Source of the DNA: Marsupella aquatica
Lineage: Eukaryota; Plantae; Marchantiophyta
NCBI GenBank assembly: GCA_973895155.1
Contig: OZ316896.1
Span: forward strand, 6,748,166-6,812,165
Direction of reading: 5' to 3'
DNA: 64,000 bases
Made by a program: the position numbers and the translations under genes. Below are positions 11,919 through 23,999 of this stretch, piece by piece (the first letter of the stretch is position 1; every line of letters starts with the position of its first letter). A model generated the notes under the pieces. That model did not search any database, had not been told where the DNA came from, and saw only the letters and a list, made by a program, of their open reading frames with translations.

Positions 11919-14367
11919 ATGGGGGAGGCTGATGGTGGTCATTCTGAGTCCTCTCAGTCTTCGTTCGCTGGTTCAGTATACACCCGTCGCGTCACTCAAT
12001 CGACTGCATCCCTGTCAACTTCCAAAGCTGAATCTGCACAGCCCTTCCCGAGGTCGAGGAGAGGGAGAATGGACCCTAAGGACGTCTCCATGGGTGAAGT
12101 CAGTGACATAGGCTTATCGATGGACGAGGTAATATCAAAGCACGCATTGTCGTTCGGGAAGGATTTTCGAGGATTCGATAAGGAGCCACCTCGAATTCCT
12201 CTTTGTAGATTTCTCCCCATGGAGGTTGTTCGAACCTTACAGAAAGAAAGTGCATCGATCAAGAAGTTGAAAGAATCATTCTGTGTCACCGGGTACAACT
12301 CGCGCATTGGGATGCCTTTCTATGTTCAGCCTGCGAATGCCGATGGGGTTTCTCAGATATGCACCAGTGAGATCCGGGACTCTTGGGATCCAATCTGGGT
12401 CCAGAGAACGACAAGTTTGAGGAAGAGTGTGATGCGGACCCAGCGTTCCATATTCTAAAAGAAAAAATGTTTTGTGTGTTTGACGGAAATCATCGATTGT
12501 ACTCGTGGTCAATCGTCACGAGGGAGAATCCGGACAACTTGAAGTATCATCCTCGTGTGATTTGCGTCATTTTCAATGGTGACAGAGGTTCGCTAGTTGA
12601 GCTCAAGGCGGCAATGCACACCGTGAACCATTAAGTTCTATTTGTTAACTGTTGTTACCCCTGTCATTCATTTTGGACCAAACATGCTTTGCGAAAGTGT
12701 TCATTCCCCAATTTTTGCTAGCGCCCGGCGCTACTAATTCCTTTTCATTGCATCCAGGCTTGGACAAGCAATCGTTGAGCCTTCCTGGATTCTTGACGCG
12801 GACAGAATTTCCCAAATTCTGTCACGTGATCTTGATCACTATAAGCCACTCATCGACAACGCGAACATGGCAAAGTTTGAGGTGATCCGAAAGAAGACGA
12901 GAAAGGGGTCTTGGTTTACACATAAAATGCCACAGGATGCTCTCATCTACATTCTGTGTGTGGACAAAATCAAGTCTTACTCAAATCAATTTAAGTCTGA
13001 TATGGCTTTAGCCAAAGCTCAAGGGGCTTCTTGGTCAGAAGAGGAGACCACAAAGAGGCATGAGGCAATGATGAAGGAGGCGACCAAAGATTGGTCGATC
13101 AAAGTGACGAAGATCACCCCTTTACTTCATCCGGATTTTGGAGATTATTTGGGAACCTGTGCTGAGATGTATCCCGTAACTGAGAAGAACAAACGGGAGA
13201 AGAAGCCAGACACAGTTGTATGCACAATGGATCGAGCCAGGTTGTTTACTGTTGTTTCATACCTGGATCCAAAATTGAGGTGCACCCTTCTAGTAGCCCA
13301 CTGCACTCCCGAGATTCGGAAACAGTTTTTCCATCCTGCAAGTGTCAACGACGAGCCTGTGAAGCAGTGGTGCCATACATGGCATACTTGGAATTCTGTG
13401 GAGGGAATTGCAACTGGAATGCTTCACACTTCCTTCAAACAGATTTCTGACCGGATGCCGGCTGACCGTCTCACAAAGTCTGGGTGTGAGTCAATGGAGG
13501 CCATGCTTAAGATCATTCTCGATGAATTCAGAAACTTTGGGGATCTTGTCAAGGCAAAATTCTTCAACAACTTGTGGCCTTCCAAATATGCGGACAAGGA
13601 AGATTACACAGAGCGGAACCGGAAGAGAGCCAAACGATATCTATACCGGTTTTACATGTGGATGGAGCTTAGATCTCCAGACACTCTGTGGGCATACCCG
13701 GCTGCATTTCAGAAATGGGTGTCTATCGAAGAGGGAGACGCTCTTGCCGACCTTTATTCGATGTACCCAGCGGAGGGAAAGTTTCCACCATGTTCATTGT
13801 TGGAGTGGGAGAGACTTCACTGTCCGTGGTACCTCGACACAGACAAATGGGATTTACCGTTCGACAAAGCTGAGAAGGATGCCTTCATGAAGTTGCAGAA
13901 GTCCCAGATCCCTGCCAACTATGTGTCTGCAATGAAGCAAGGTCTCCAGTCTGATGTTGACGAATCTGCATCTGAGTTACAGAAGACTTGTGAGTCTCTT
14001 GTCATGCACGTTGACCGAAGCCGTAAGCCAAGAGCAAAGGCGAAGAATGAGTCAGCTGCACCAAGTGACTCCACAAGGTCCTTCAAGAAAAGTGAGTAGT
14101 CTAAGCGCTTTTTGGTTACTTGTTGGCGCTGCTTATGCAGGAGTTTCATTAGCAAATTCCTTTGATTAATAGCGCCTGGCGCTAGTCTGAAAGGTTGGAC
14201 TCATTCAAGTTTCTGTGCCTAACAGGAGGTCAAAAGTCCGACACGGAGGTCCCGGCTGCCGAAGGGAAGAATGATGCAACTCCTCAGGCATCGGAGGCAA
14301 ACACTGGAGCTCAAGAATCCCCGGATCAAGGGACCCCGGATGGTGCTGGCAAATCCATTGTCCCTCT
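11919..14367 (+). pseudogene. ParB/Sulfiredoxin-like domain protein, spliced, one frameshift, 3' end cut off by a LINE
   Basis: RIPLCRF...VRTL...IKKLKESF...GY...PFYV then (frameshift near 12405) FCVFDGNHRLYSW. Introns at about 12632-12757 and 14094-14225. The 410-aa ORF 12867-14099 is in frame with exon 2. Confidence 0.6.
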
Positions 14368-16786
14368 TGGTAATGGTAATGGTAATGTATTATAAGCTCC
14401 GGGACCATGAAAGTCAAAGGAGCTGCCACAAAAAGTAAAGTACAATGCAATCAAAGAAAAGAGCAACCAAAAGAGATTGCTCAGAAGAGGACAACTATGT
14501 CCTCAAAGAAACTATGGACCTAGAGAGCCTTGAAAGATTTTCCAAACCTATTCTCCTTTCCCTATCCACCGCAAAGATATATCTTCCAAGTTGCTGAGGG
14601 GGCAGACCAAACAATGCATACAAATCTTTCACCAAGATTTGAGATGCCATCCTAACCCCCTCATAAAACTTGCAAGCAATGAATACATGATATTCATTCT
14701 CTATACTAGAGCTATCACATAGTTGACAAACCCTCTTTTTCCTGTCAATATCCTTCCATCTCCCTTGTTCTACTTCAAGGTGGTGTGAGCTTAGTCTATA
14801 CTGAGCAATAAGTTGTCTAAGTTGTACTGAGATAGTGCTAGATAAGTATTCTTGTTCTCGATATTTCTTCATGGGGTTCACATCTCTCATGTAGTATTGC
14901 TGCCGTGGGCTAGGTTCATGCCAAAGTTTGTGCAAAGCCTTTTGCTCAAGTTTTGCTCTTAGCTTGGTTGGGTGTGTTGGCCATTCATGTTCAGGAAAAT
15001 CCCAAGCATGGGCCCACCTGCACACATCTGCATACCACCCTTTAGCTGAAGATGAGCGCAAGGCATGAAAAGGAAATCTGTTTTCCTCCAACTCTCTTAC
15101 ACGCATGATGTATTTGAGTGTGTGGAAGAGTGCCTCCACCTCCAAAGGAAACAAGCCTGCCTCTGCAAGTGTAAGTGCATATGGGGTTTGTGACTTGATC
15201 CCAAGCTCCATCTCAAGAAATAGCTTTTGCAGCCCCTCAATCTGTTGCCACCCAGATTTAGACACACCTGCTCCCCAAATTGGTGCTCCATAAAGAATGA
15301 CTGGTTTCACCAAAGCTCCAAAGAGATGTTTCCTTAACCTCCAAGTGTGTAGACCAGCTCTTTTGCATTTGTTCATGAATGCATAAAAAGCTCTGTACCC
15401 ATTGGCAGCCCTAGATTTTACACATGAGGCCCAACTCAAGTTTTGAGAGAACTCCACCCCAAGGTATTTGTAGGTCCTCACAAATTCCACCAGATTCCCT
15501 TGGAAGTAGAGCTCTGGATTTTGTGGTGTGCCAATGCCCAAACACTTGGTCTTCTTGAGGTTGACTACCATCCCTGTTGCTTGACAAAACTCCTCCAAGG
15601 CATTGAGATGTCTTTGCAAAGCTTCTTGAGCATGAGCAAGTAGGACCACATCATCTGCAAATATAAGAAGTTGGAGGACAAACCTACCCAATTGAGTGCC
15701 AACTCCACCATGCTCCTCCAAAATGTTGTGTAGCTGATCAATGAAGATGCCAAATAGAGTTGGTGAGAGAGGACAACCTTGGATCACCCCAAGAGTGCTC
15801 CAGATTTCTTCAGAGGTTTCCTTTGAAAGTTTGATGCGCACTTCTTGGTACAATTTAGAAACAGCCAACCTGAGCTCTTCAGGCACTTCCAACTCCACCA
15901 TCCTATCCCAAAGCTTGGATCGGGAAACTTTGTCAAAGGCCTTGGAGAAGTCCACAAACAAGCAAAATAATGGTTTATGTGGAGATTTGGCCTTTTCACA
16001 CAACACCCTCAAGCAGAGAATGTGATCCATAGTGCTGAATTCTCTCCTAAAACCTGCTTGTGAAGGTGCCCTTTTCATCTCACTCTCCAACCAAGAGCTT
16101 AATCTGGCTTCAAGTAGTCCTCCCAAAACTTTAGCAAAAGTATTGCCTACCATGATGGTTCTGTAGTTGTGCACATCGTCCTTGTTGCCTGCCTTGAAGA
16201 TAGGCACCACTCTTCTGGTCATCCAAGCTTTAGGTAAACCTAAAGCCATTGCTTGATTCAGCTCATGCACCAAGTTTGTTAATAAAGAGGGTCCTCCCCA
16301 CAAAAGAAGCTCCAAGTTCAGGCCCAACAGATCTTTAGCTTTCCCATGTTGCATGTGGGAAAGATGCACCTTCACCTCCCTCTCTGTAAACTGAATGGTG
16401 TCCCCAAGGGGCAAAGGCATGCCACTAGCATCTGGAAAGAAATACAAGGATGTGACATAGGTTACCAGGTCCTGATGATCCAAGGGGGGAGCAGTCTTGC
16501 CTGATTGCATTCTCTCCCAAAAACGTTTTGGATGTTTGATGAACTCCTCACATAGTGATTGTTGATGACTCTTCAAGAAGCACCTCTTCTTGTGTTTGAT
16601 GAAGTTCTTGTACATAGTGAATGCCAAAAGTCTCTTTTCCCCTGAATGTGATCTTGCTTGCATCCTTGCTCTAGCACAATCCTCGTCAAACCAAGCCTTC
16701 ATGTTTTGCTTTCTAGGGGGTTTGGTGGAGAAAGTAGAGGCTGCTGCTTGTACTATGACTTCTGAGAGCTCAATCTGATCATCCAG
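14368..16786 (-). mobile_element. LINE copy 1, 3' half (RT, CCHC finger, (CATTAC)n tail); RTE-X-like clade suspected
   Basis: NYRTI, QAGFR, FVDFSKAFD, GVIQGCPLSP, IFADD, YKYLG, RVCQLC...ENEYH...C. TGGTAA repeats at 14368-14387. Confidence 0.92.
14495..16786 (-). CDS. LINE ORF2, reverse transcriptase part
   Basis: Open frame. It joins in frame with the APE part at 35031 (...HLLHT-L-DDQIELSE...) once the CACTA element and one CAG TSD are removed. Confidence 0.92.
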   Translation of the reverse strand: MDDQIELSEVIVQAAASTFSTKPPRKQNMKAWFDEDCARARMQARSHSGEKRLLAFTMYKNFIKHKKRCFLKSHQQSLCEEFIKHPKRFWERMQSGKTAPPLDHQDLVTYVTSLYFFPDASGMPLPLGDTIQFTEREVKVHLSHMQHGKAKDLLGLNLELLLWGGPSLLTNLVHELNQAMALGLPKAWMTRRVVPIFKAGNKDDVHNYRTIMVGNTFAKVLGGLLEARLSSWLESEMKRAPSQAGFRREFSTMDHILCLRVLCEKAKSPHKPLFCLFVDFSKAFDKVSRSKLWDRMVELEVPEELRLAVSKLYQEVRIKLSKETSEEIWSTLGVIQGCPLSPTLFGIFIDQLHNILEEHGGVGTQLGRFVLQLLIFADDVVLLAHAQEALQRHLNALEEFCQATGMVVNLKKTKCLGIGTPQNPELYFQGNLVEFVRTYKYLGVEFSQNLSWASCVKSRAANGYRAFYAFMNKCKRAGLHTWRLRKHLFGALVKPVILYGAPIWGAGVSKSGWQQIEGLQKLFLEMELGIKSQTPYALTLAEAGLFPLEVEALFHTLKYIMRVRELEENRFPFHALRSSSAKGWYADVCRWAHAWDFPEHEWPTHPTKLRAKLEQKALHKLWHEPSPRQQYYMRDVNPMKKYREQEYLSSTISVQLRQLIAQYRLSSHHLEVEQGRWKDIDRKKRVCQLCDSSSIENEYHVFIACKFYEGVRMASQILVKDLYALFGLPPQQLGRYIFAVDRERRIGLENLSRLSRSIVSLRT

Positions 16787-18550
16787 CACTAGAAGAAAAC
16801 CACCCATTCTGAGACCCTCCCCTATGTGACTTGTGCGAGACCTTCATAAATATGCGACTCCAAGTTTGTGGGTGTCATGTTAGTTACATCATACCAACTA
16901 AGTTTTGGTGAGGTTGTGGGAAGTCATGCTTACAACTTTATCCAATGTCGCTATTGTAACACTAGTAAGTAAGAAATAGGTAAGTTATGTTAGTTACTCC
17001 ACAATAGTGCAATATGAATTGGACATCATTTTTTAAAATTCCGTCAGCATGCATACCCCATTAGCCAATTTCGGATGCCAATCCCTAATATGCAACTCCC
17101 GGTGCAACTACATATTGCACACTCATGGTTCAATAAGTCCAAATATAATGGGTATAAATATGGGGGTTTTCATCAGAATGGTGGGTACTTTCACTTATAA
17201 TGTGGATTCATACCTGACTATATTTGGCCTTGTTCTTGACCAAAGTGCACTCTCCCCACATTGAACTTTTTGCTAAGTCATTTGCATTGGTTCTTTTATG
17301 TCCAAACCAACCTGTTTGCTAAGTCACTCGATGGCTGCCCACATGTGAGGGGTACTACTTTCCCTCAGGGTCAGTGTACCTTGGAGGTTGGTTTTGCGAG
17401 AGATTTTGGGGGTACTACTTGCCCTAAGTGTTCAGGGTCAGTGTGCCGCAGAGGTTGGTTTTGCGAGGGAAATTGGGAGTCGACGACCTTCATTCCAGCT
17501 GCACTCTTCGCGAACTTCCTGCAGGGTCGTTTGAAAGTGTTTGAGCGCGACTGGACTTTAGGGTGCAAATGTGTTTAGGATTGGGCCTGCTACGAGCGTC
17601 AGTGTGGAGGTCTGCCAATCAGTTTTGAGGGGAGTCCATTGTCGCTTTTCAACCTGCTGGTGAGCTAAGCTGCTATTGAGTTTCAAGTGAGAGCTGCCGA
17701 CTTGGAGTTGAGCTCTACGAGGTGGTGCCTGAGTGTACATCTGCTCGACATACTTTTGGGAGCTCGTAGTTGGTAGGAGGGCCAAGTCATTGCACAAAAA
17801 GTTGCAGCCGTGACAGTGCAAACTAGCTAGGCGGAGGCTGGTTACTGCAAGCAAGGCGGAGGATCACTGCGAGCTAGGTGGAGGAATGCTGCGCTGCTTC
17901 ACATTGTGAAGAGACATGCTGCATCGGCCCAAGTAAGGTTGCATTGACCTATCTATCTCTATGTCTATAAGGTCCTAACCGATAGTCTGCTTAGTGAGGT
18001 CCTGCTTTAAGCTACATTTGTGCGATTGATTGTGTCCTCAGAAGCTTAACCATCACATGGGGGAACGGTAGCGAGAAAGGAGGGGTGGAGCCTGATGGTC
18101 GCCAAATATTCAAACAGGGTCGCCTTGCTCGATATTGGTCTCATTGTTTTTTGCTACGGTGTGAAGGCGGCGGAGCTTCTAGTCTGACCTTTGAGTGACT
18201 TGCGGTGAGCTTCTAGTGTGGCTATTGAGGTCGACTGACCTGCATTGACCGAGCTGATCAACCTACTGAGCTGCCATTGGGAGTTGGAGGTTGTGTTGCG
18301 TTCAATTTTGGAGTCGGGAGGCTAAATGCGATAGCTCTGTTCCGGGCTCTGTTTAGCTAATGCAGACGTTTCTGCTCAGGAGACGAGGTAAAATCTATCG
18401 ACCTTCAAGCTGTTGTGAGGTTCATTGAAGAGGGAGGTTGAATGCCTAGCGCTATGAGGTGAGGAAAGAGAGTATGGCCAAGCTGCATCTTTAGGGGTTT
18501 TGCTTCAGCTTTGACCATCTTTCATCGTCGTAATCGCTGCTCTCGCCTAT

Positions 18551-19605
18551 CGCTACATGGCGGATTGCTGCTCTGCCCTTTTGGCATGGGTCGCCGGCCT
18601 GCTGGATGCTATCTCCAGTTTAAAAACAAGTCATATCCTAAGTCCCGGTGTTGCAGTAGTGTCCCCGACTCTAAGATGGAACAGAGTATCATCTTTCTTG
18701 TTTCCTGCTGCTGCTGATGTATGTCTATTCTCCCCTATTTTTGCTTACTGATTGGTCTCTCCACGCTTCTTGCTTGACTTGCTGCTTCCTTCAATCCCCT
18801 ATCGCGGACTCACCTCGTGGCTGCAAGTATAGTTGTCTAGGTGATGTATGCATTGCGTGTTTAGGGTCTAGGTGACATCGCTGCTGAGCAAAATTCGCGA
18901 GCTGCCTAGGTCCATTGCCGAATGCTGCTTCCTTCAATCGCCAGGTGCCTGCTGTTACAATTGCCTACTCAATCATGCACCCAATCTCCTGGAGCTCATT
19001 CGCCTAGAGCTTCATCCGTCAGATTCAAACTATTATTGGACCTCCCTGTTGCCCGAAGTGTATACACTCCTAGCATTGTCGTCCCAAACTGCAAAACGCT
19101 TCTCCCTGTTCTGTCCTCGTGCTTCACTATTTGTATTCAGGTGTTTTTATCAGTTTCAGAGGGGAGGTCATTGTTTCTGCAAGTTGTTGGTGAGCTAAGC
19201 TTCCGCTGTGTGTAGGTTTAGGGAGTTGCGCGTGCGAGCTAACGACTTGGACCTGAGGCCACAATCTTTTAGGGAGCTTGGAGTGGAAGCCGACAACTTG
19301 GAGCGGGACTTCAACTTGCTATTACTAGCTACCTTGGACAAAGGTGACAGTCAGTAGCGCAAAGGTGAGACTCGGTAGTTTTAGCGGATTGTTGCTCTGC
19401 CCTTTTGCCATGGGTCGCCGGCCTGCCGGATGCTACTAGCAGATTAAGAACAACTCATATCCTAAGTCCCGGTGTTGCAGTGGTGTCCCCGACCCTAAGA
19501 TGCCACCCAAAATCATCTTTCTTGTTTCCTGCTGCTGCTGATCATGTATGTATGTTCTCCCCTATTTTTGCTTACTGATTGGTCTCTCCACATTTCTTGC
19601 TTGAC
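18551..19605 (+). repeat. Internal direct duplication of about 230 bp in CACTA A (18560-18780 vs 19384-19605)
   Basis: GCGGATTG.TGCTCTGCCCTTTTG...CCTAAGTCCCGGTGTTGCAGT...CCCCTATTTTTGCTTACTGATTGGTCTCTCCAC occurs twice in A and once in copy B. Confidence 0.8.
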
Positions 19606-21444
19606 ATGACTGTTTTGCTCCTCCCTGTATCAGAACATGCCTTGTGCCCCGTGCTCTGGCAATGGGGTGGGGGGCTGAACAGACGGCCTTAAGGTCCACT
19701 AAATTTATAGGAACCGTGCAATCGTTCAGCTGATTTTAGCAGCAAGTTCCCTTGCTTTCCCCTATTTTTGCTAAGATCCCTCCCCACTAATCACATGCAT
19801 CCTTTACTTTTCTCGGTGGCCCGTGCACCTGCCTTCCTACTTTCGTTCTTATGGACTTTCCTTAGGTTTTCTTTCACCTGATTTTGGACTTTTTGCTCCG
19901 GTGGAATCTGTCTTGACAACTTGTGTTTGTTCTAATTGTTAATATCTCAAGAGGGTCGTCAACTAAGCTCACAGGAGTCAAAGCTAACTACAAGCTAGCA
20001 AATAGGGAGAATGCTCCCAAGTCGAGTCAGGAGGAAGTTACTAAAACTAGACCTTCAGAACTCTCGAAACTGGAAAGTGAAATTCAGCCTGAGACACGCA
20101 GCTGAAGGCCACAAGGATAACTATATGGCCACGCTGTCCCTCATTCAAGTCCAAAGTCCTCTTCAGATTGTCTGAACTCCTATCTGAACTCCTGAACTGG
20201 ATGAAGTCCTGTCTGAATGTGAAGTTCAGATTGGCAATCTCAAATGGCAAGTTCTGAACTCTTGTCTGAACTTCATCCACCCTTCTAAACTGGGATTTGT
20301 GCTACGTGTATAGACTCCACATTGTTGCTTCTCCCTTTCGGGCCAGCCCTCCTTGTGAAACGTAGGAGCACGATCATGGCACTTACACATAGTCTGACAT
20401 TCAAAAAATGTTACTTCTCAGCAGCATGTTTCGAGTAGTTTGCCTGTGTGTTGAGCCCGGGGTTGAGCCTAATTATTTGTTTATTGCTTTAGTAACATGC
20501 ATGGCCAATTGGTTTCTCTTCATGTAAAGGCAAGTTTTTGAAACTTACTACTTGAATTGGTGGTTTGAATTTAGTTAAGTGTTGAGAAATTAGCATTCAC
20601 ACTAACTATTTTTCTTTTGTGATTGAGTTCTCTTTGCTATTGAATGTATTGAATAATTATTTCATCACAGAAATTTTCAGAACAAACACGGAAGCACCAG
20701 GGGGCTGAGGATTGGATATTGAGGCTGAAGACATTGAGGTAATAAACTGGGTGTGGTTCGGGTGACAATGTTAGCAACTGGTGCTTCTTCAGGGGAACTT
20801 CCCATGTGCAAAATATCCACACATGATTGACTTTGGTTCTTGCTGTTTTTCTTTTGGTGTACTCTTCAGTTTGGTGTCACTCTATCCTTTCTTGTAGCCT
20901 CGAAATAGGAACACACCTGCTTAGTGGTCCCCAATTGCCCAATGATTTATAATGACTGTGTCTAGGCGATGTATGCATTGCGTGTTCATTCCAGAAGAAT
21001 GAATATGTACACTTTGCACAAACCTGGACAGATTTTGAATGTTATTTATCTGAGTTTCTGTTTGTGAGCTCTGACTTGGAGCCTTAACATTTGTGTTTTT
21101 GTGGGGCTGAGCAGAGTTTGTTCCGTCCAGAAGCTGCTGTACTGAAGTGATCGGCCTCCGGCTTGGAGGTGAATCTTCAATTTTTTGTGGATCCGAGTGA
21201 CTTCTGTCCAGCTGAGTTTTGCTTTGTCGGGACGATTGTGTTTGGCTAAGATGCTAGATTGTGGCTTGTCTTCTTGCTTCCAGCTTGTGTATATTCAATT
21301 AATAGAAGTTGGGAACGAGGTGATAATTGAATTTCCTTATATTAAGCATCTTGACCTAGAAACTCAATACATAAACTCCTGGAGTCCCTCGGGACATAAA
21401 ATGAGCCAAATTGTTTCAAAATTGGGAACCTACACCCGCACTAC

Positions 21445-21660
21445 TCAAACAAATGTGTTGGGCTTGGTGGCCTTGTAAGTCGTCTTTAGCTTTCGCGATG
21501 GAGGTTGAATCTTGCGGTACGTCAAGGGGAACTTGATCTTTGAATCATGGAACTGCTTGGTACTTTCTCGCTTGCACAGAGAGACAGGGACTGTCGTAGT
21601 CTTGATGATCTGGATGCAAGGGAACCGAACTCTATGACAAGAAGCCATCTCATCATACAT
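21445..21660 (-). pseudogene. RPL18a: Captured 3' fragment of 60S ribosomal protein L18a (eL20)
   Basis: [71 protein letters not shown] closely follows the plant RPL18a C-terminus. Confidence 0.9.
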
Positions 21661-22779
21661 CTGCTGTGTGGTTGTTTAATGTGGTATCACAATATTTCTT
21701 GTACATGTTGGGATAACCTGTACAACTCTGATACCTCACCCAGATACCAAAGTTCTTAATTGTGGTGGGCTTCTTTTCGAAGATCTGGTAGACACATTAT
21801 TCAGCATTTGCTAACTTCGAAACTAGAAGGGTAACACATTAAACAACAGAGAAACTCACAACATCCTCCTTTGGTCCTTCAGAGTCTGTACTTTGATTAT
21901 GAAGTTTGATTGAGTTTCTGTTTACTGAAAGAATGTGACTGTGTAAGAGTTCCGTTTGGCAGTGGATTGGTTGAAGCACTTCATGCTAGTGTGTTGTCCA
22001 CAGCTCTTCAACCAGCTTTCGTCTTCCTTGTCTTTCACCACTTACGATGACATCAATTCAGCTAAGACCATAGAAGGTTCCAAAGCATCTAACTTGTAAA
22101 ATCGCATTCTGTTACATCAAGGACTAAGGTGTTGGGTGCCAAAGGAGACAGCACAACAAACACGCTGAAAAGACTTCAGGACTGGGTTCAACAAGGTAGT
22201 GAAGGTGCTTAGAGCCATAGTAAGTATGCATTCTGTATTTTTCTCTGTTGATGTGAGCTTGTGCATAATGGGAGTTGTAGTTGGCAAGAGTTCCAAATAT
22301 GAATAGATCCAGAAGTATGTGATCATGTACTTGCTCTATAAAGTTCTGAAGATATAAGCATTTTCTGTTAGACCAGGCAACTTGGGAGTTGGTAAGTGTC
22401 ACCTGCATCTGAGGGGCTACACCGGGGGCATCAGTGGAGGTTCACTTGCACAACACGACAACCAGTGAATTTTCTCTCTGCTGCAACCTGCAAGGTGAGA
22501 CTTTCGGTCTTTCTGGATGAAAAAACAGGATTTTAATACGATTGATATACATGTCCATCGAGAATATGGGTTTATCACCAAGCTCTTTGTCTTAGGAAAC
22601 TCATAAACTCAGAATCAAATATGTACTATGCACGTTTCATGCTATGTGTATACTATGACCTGTAGTTGAGTGGGAACTGATTAGTTTAGGTGGTTGCTGT
22701 TGGCGAGGCAAGTCGACCTCCTGCTCACCTTGCTCATCAAAGGACGTGAACAGAGGACATCACAACAAAAGCAACACTT

Positions 22780-23229
22780 ATGGTGAGGACCCGCAACGCT
22801 GAACATGTGCGACTTGCACGCAAGGCAGAGATGTTGCGCCTTGAGTATGTCAGACTTGGGATCCTTCCAGCCCAGTCTGCATGGTACTTTGAGTACCCTG
22901 TTGTTTCCAGGAACAACTACAGCCGGCCTCTACTTGCTTCAGTACCCTTCCCGACATCCTTGGTATTTGTGTCTCTTGTACATGACCCGCCACAAATTAG
23001 GTGCCAAGGGTGTGTACACAGTTGCCAATATGACTGTCCTGCCTGTAGGGCTTCTGGCCCAGAATTGGATGACCGTTCTCTTGGATGCCGATTTTTGCAT
23101 AGAGCACAATGTATCATTTGGAACCACTCGCCATCCTGCAGTGTGCCTGGTGATGTCACTTGTCCTGCCCTCCCAGACCCCACCACCGGTGACTTTGGTG
23201 TCTACACATGTTTGGATCACATGCTCTAG
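22780..23229 (+). CDS. 149-aa Cys/His-rich hypothetical protein (CACTA cargo)
   Basis: ATG-to-stop ORF with CxxCxxxCxxxCxxC...C..H..C...H...C...C. Homolog in copy B at 54708-55157. Confidence 0.5.
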   Translation: MVRTRNAEHVRLARKAEMLRLEYVRLGILPAQSAWYFEYPVVSRNNYSRPLLASVPFPTSLVFVSLVHDPPQIRCQGCVHSCQYDCPACRASGPELDDRSLGCRFLHRAQCIIWNHSPSCSVPGDVTCPALPDPTTGDFGVYTCLDHML

Positions 23230-23844
23230 AGGACCACTTGTCACACCGCATGCACAGACCAGATACCATTGACCTATAGCTTAACACTCTGACTTCAACA
23301 CAGAGGATATTTACTTAAAATTTTGATGTATGAGCAATTTTGGGTCCAGGGTTTAGGGTCAACAGTATATAACTTATATCCTATTATGCCTGCACTAAGC
23401 AAAATATCCTAATTTAAGAGGCTAGCAAACTCGCATAAAAGTCTCTATTGAAAGACTGCTTTCATGACTGCTTTAACCTGGTGAACATTGCAACGTTGAA
23501 TGAATTAATGGGCCATGTGATAATATGCAAAATGATTTATGCCTCACTTATTTGTCTCAGCCACTATCATAACCTATTTAGGATGTATAAATTTCAACCC
23601 TTATGACACTGCTTCATACCAATCCTCTTCGAAGAATGCCTGTTTTACATGTCACGACTATTGTATGTGATTCAAATGCATGAAATGTTGTTGCAGATCT
23701 CCTTTGGTGAATCATAGCCACAATTAAAATTGAGGTGTTGGTGGAGAAATTGTATTAGGGGATCAGTTTTGTGTGTGGGCTCAACATACCAAAAGTATGT
23801 GTGCTCTGCATCCTTGTGTGGCCATTCCAATTCATTGCAGTAGC

Positions 23845-23988
23845 AAATGCCTTTGTACCTTAAATGCTAAATATATTTTACTTTCTGTGCAGTCTGCTAA
23901 ATTGTAGAGTCTATCTAAATGCCTTTGTACCTTAAATGCTAAATATATATTACTTTCTGTGCAGTCTGCTAAATTGTAGAGTCTATCT
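23845..23988. repeat. 72-bp tandem duplication specific to copy A
   Basis: Units start at 23845 and 23917. Copy B has a single unit. Confidence 0.9.
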
Positions 23989-23999
23989 CATGCGCAGGC

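Larger units (their letters stand above)
5556..14184. promoter_or_regulatory. Dispersed 15-bp palindrome TAGCGC-N3-GCGCTA, about 15 copies, putative protein-binding site
   Basis: Starts at 5556, 7271, 7374, 7431, 9660, 9725, 9789, 11024, 11101, 11178, 11280, 11386, 12719 and 14170, plus a collapsed TAGCGCGCTA at 11521. All copies are intronic or intergenic. Confidence 0.75.

Noticed and set aside
2577-14367. Bacterial or phage contamination suggested by ParB and MTase motifs
   Set aside because: The genes have spliceosomal-type introns and are interleaved with plant TEs.
15097-16778. Short alternative-frame and antisense ORFs over the LINE, CACTA and Gypsy genes
   Set aside because: They are shadows of the real coding frames with no independent motifs.
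20160-20280. TCTGAACT repeats with inverted copies as a MIRNA-like hairpin
   Set aside because: Only about 10-bp arms in a repetitive context, with no long continuous stem.
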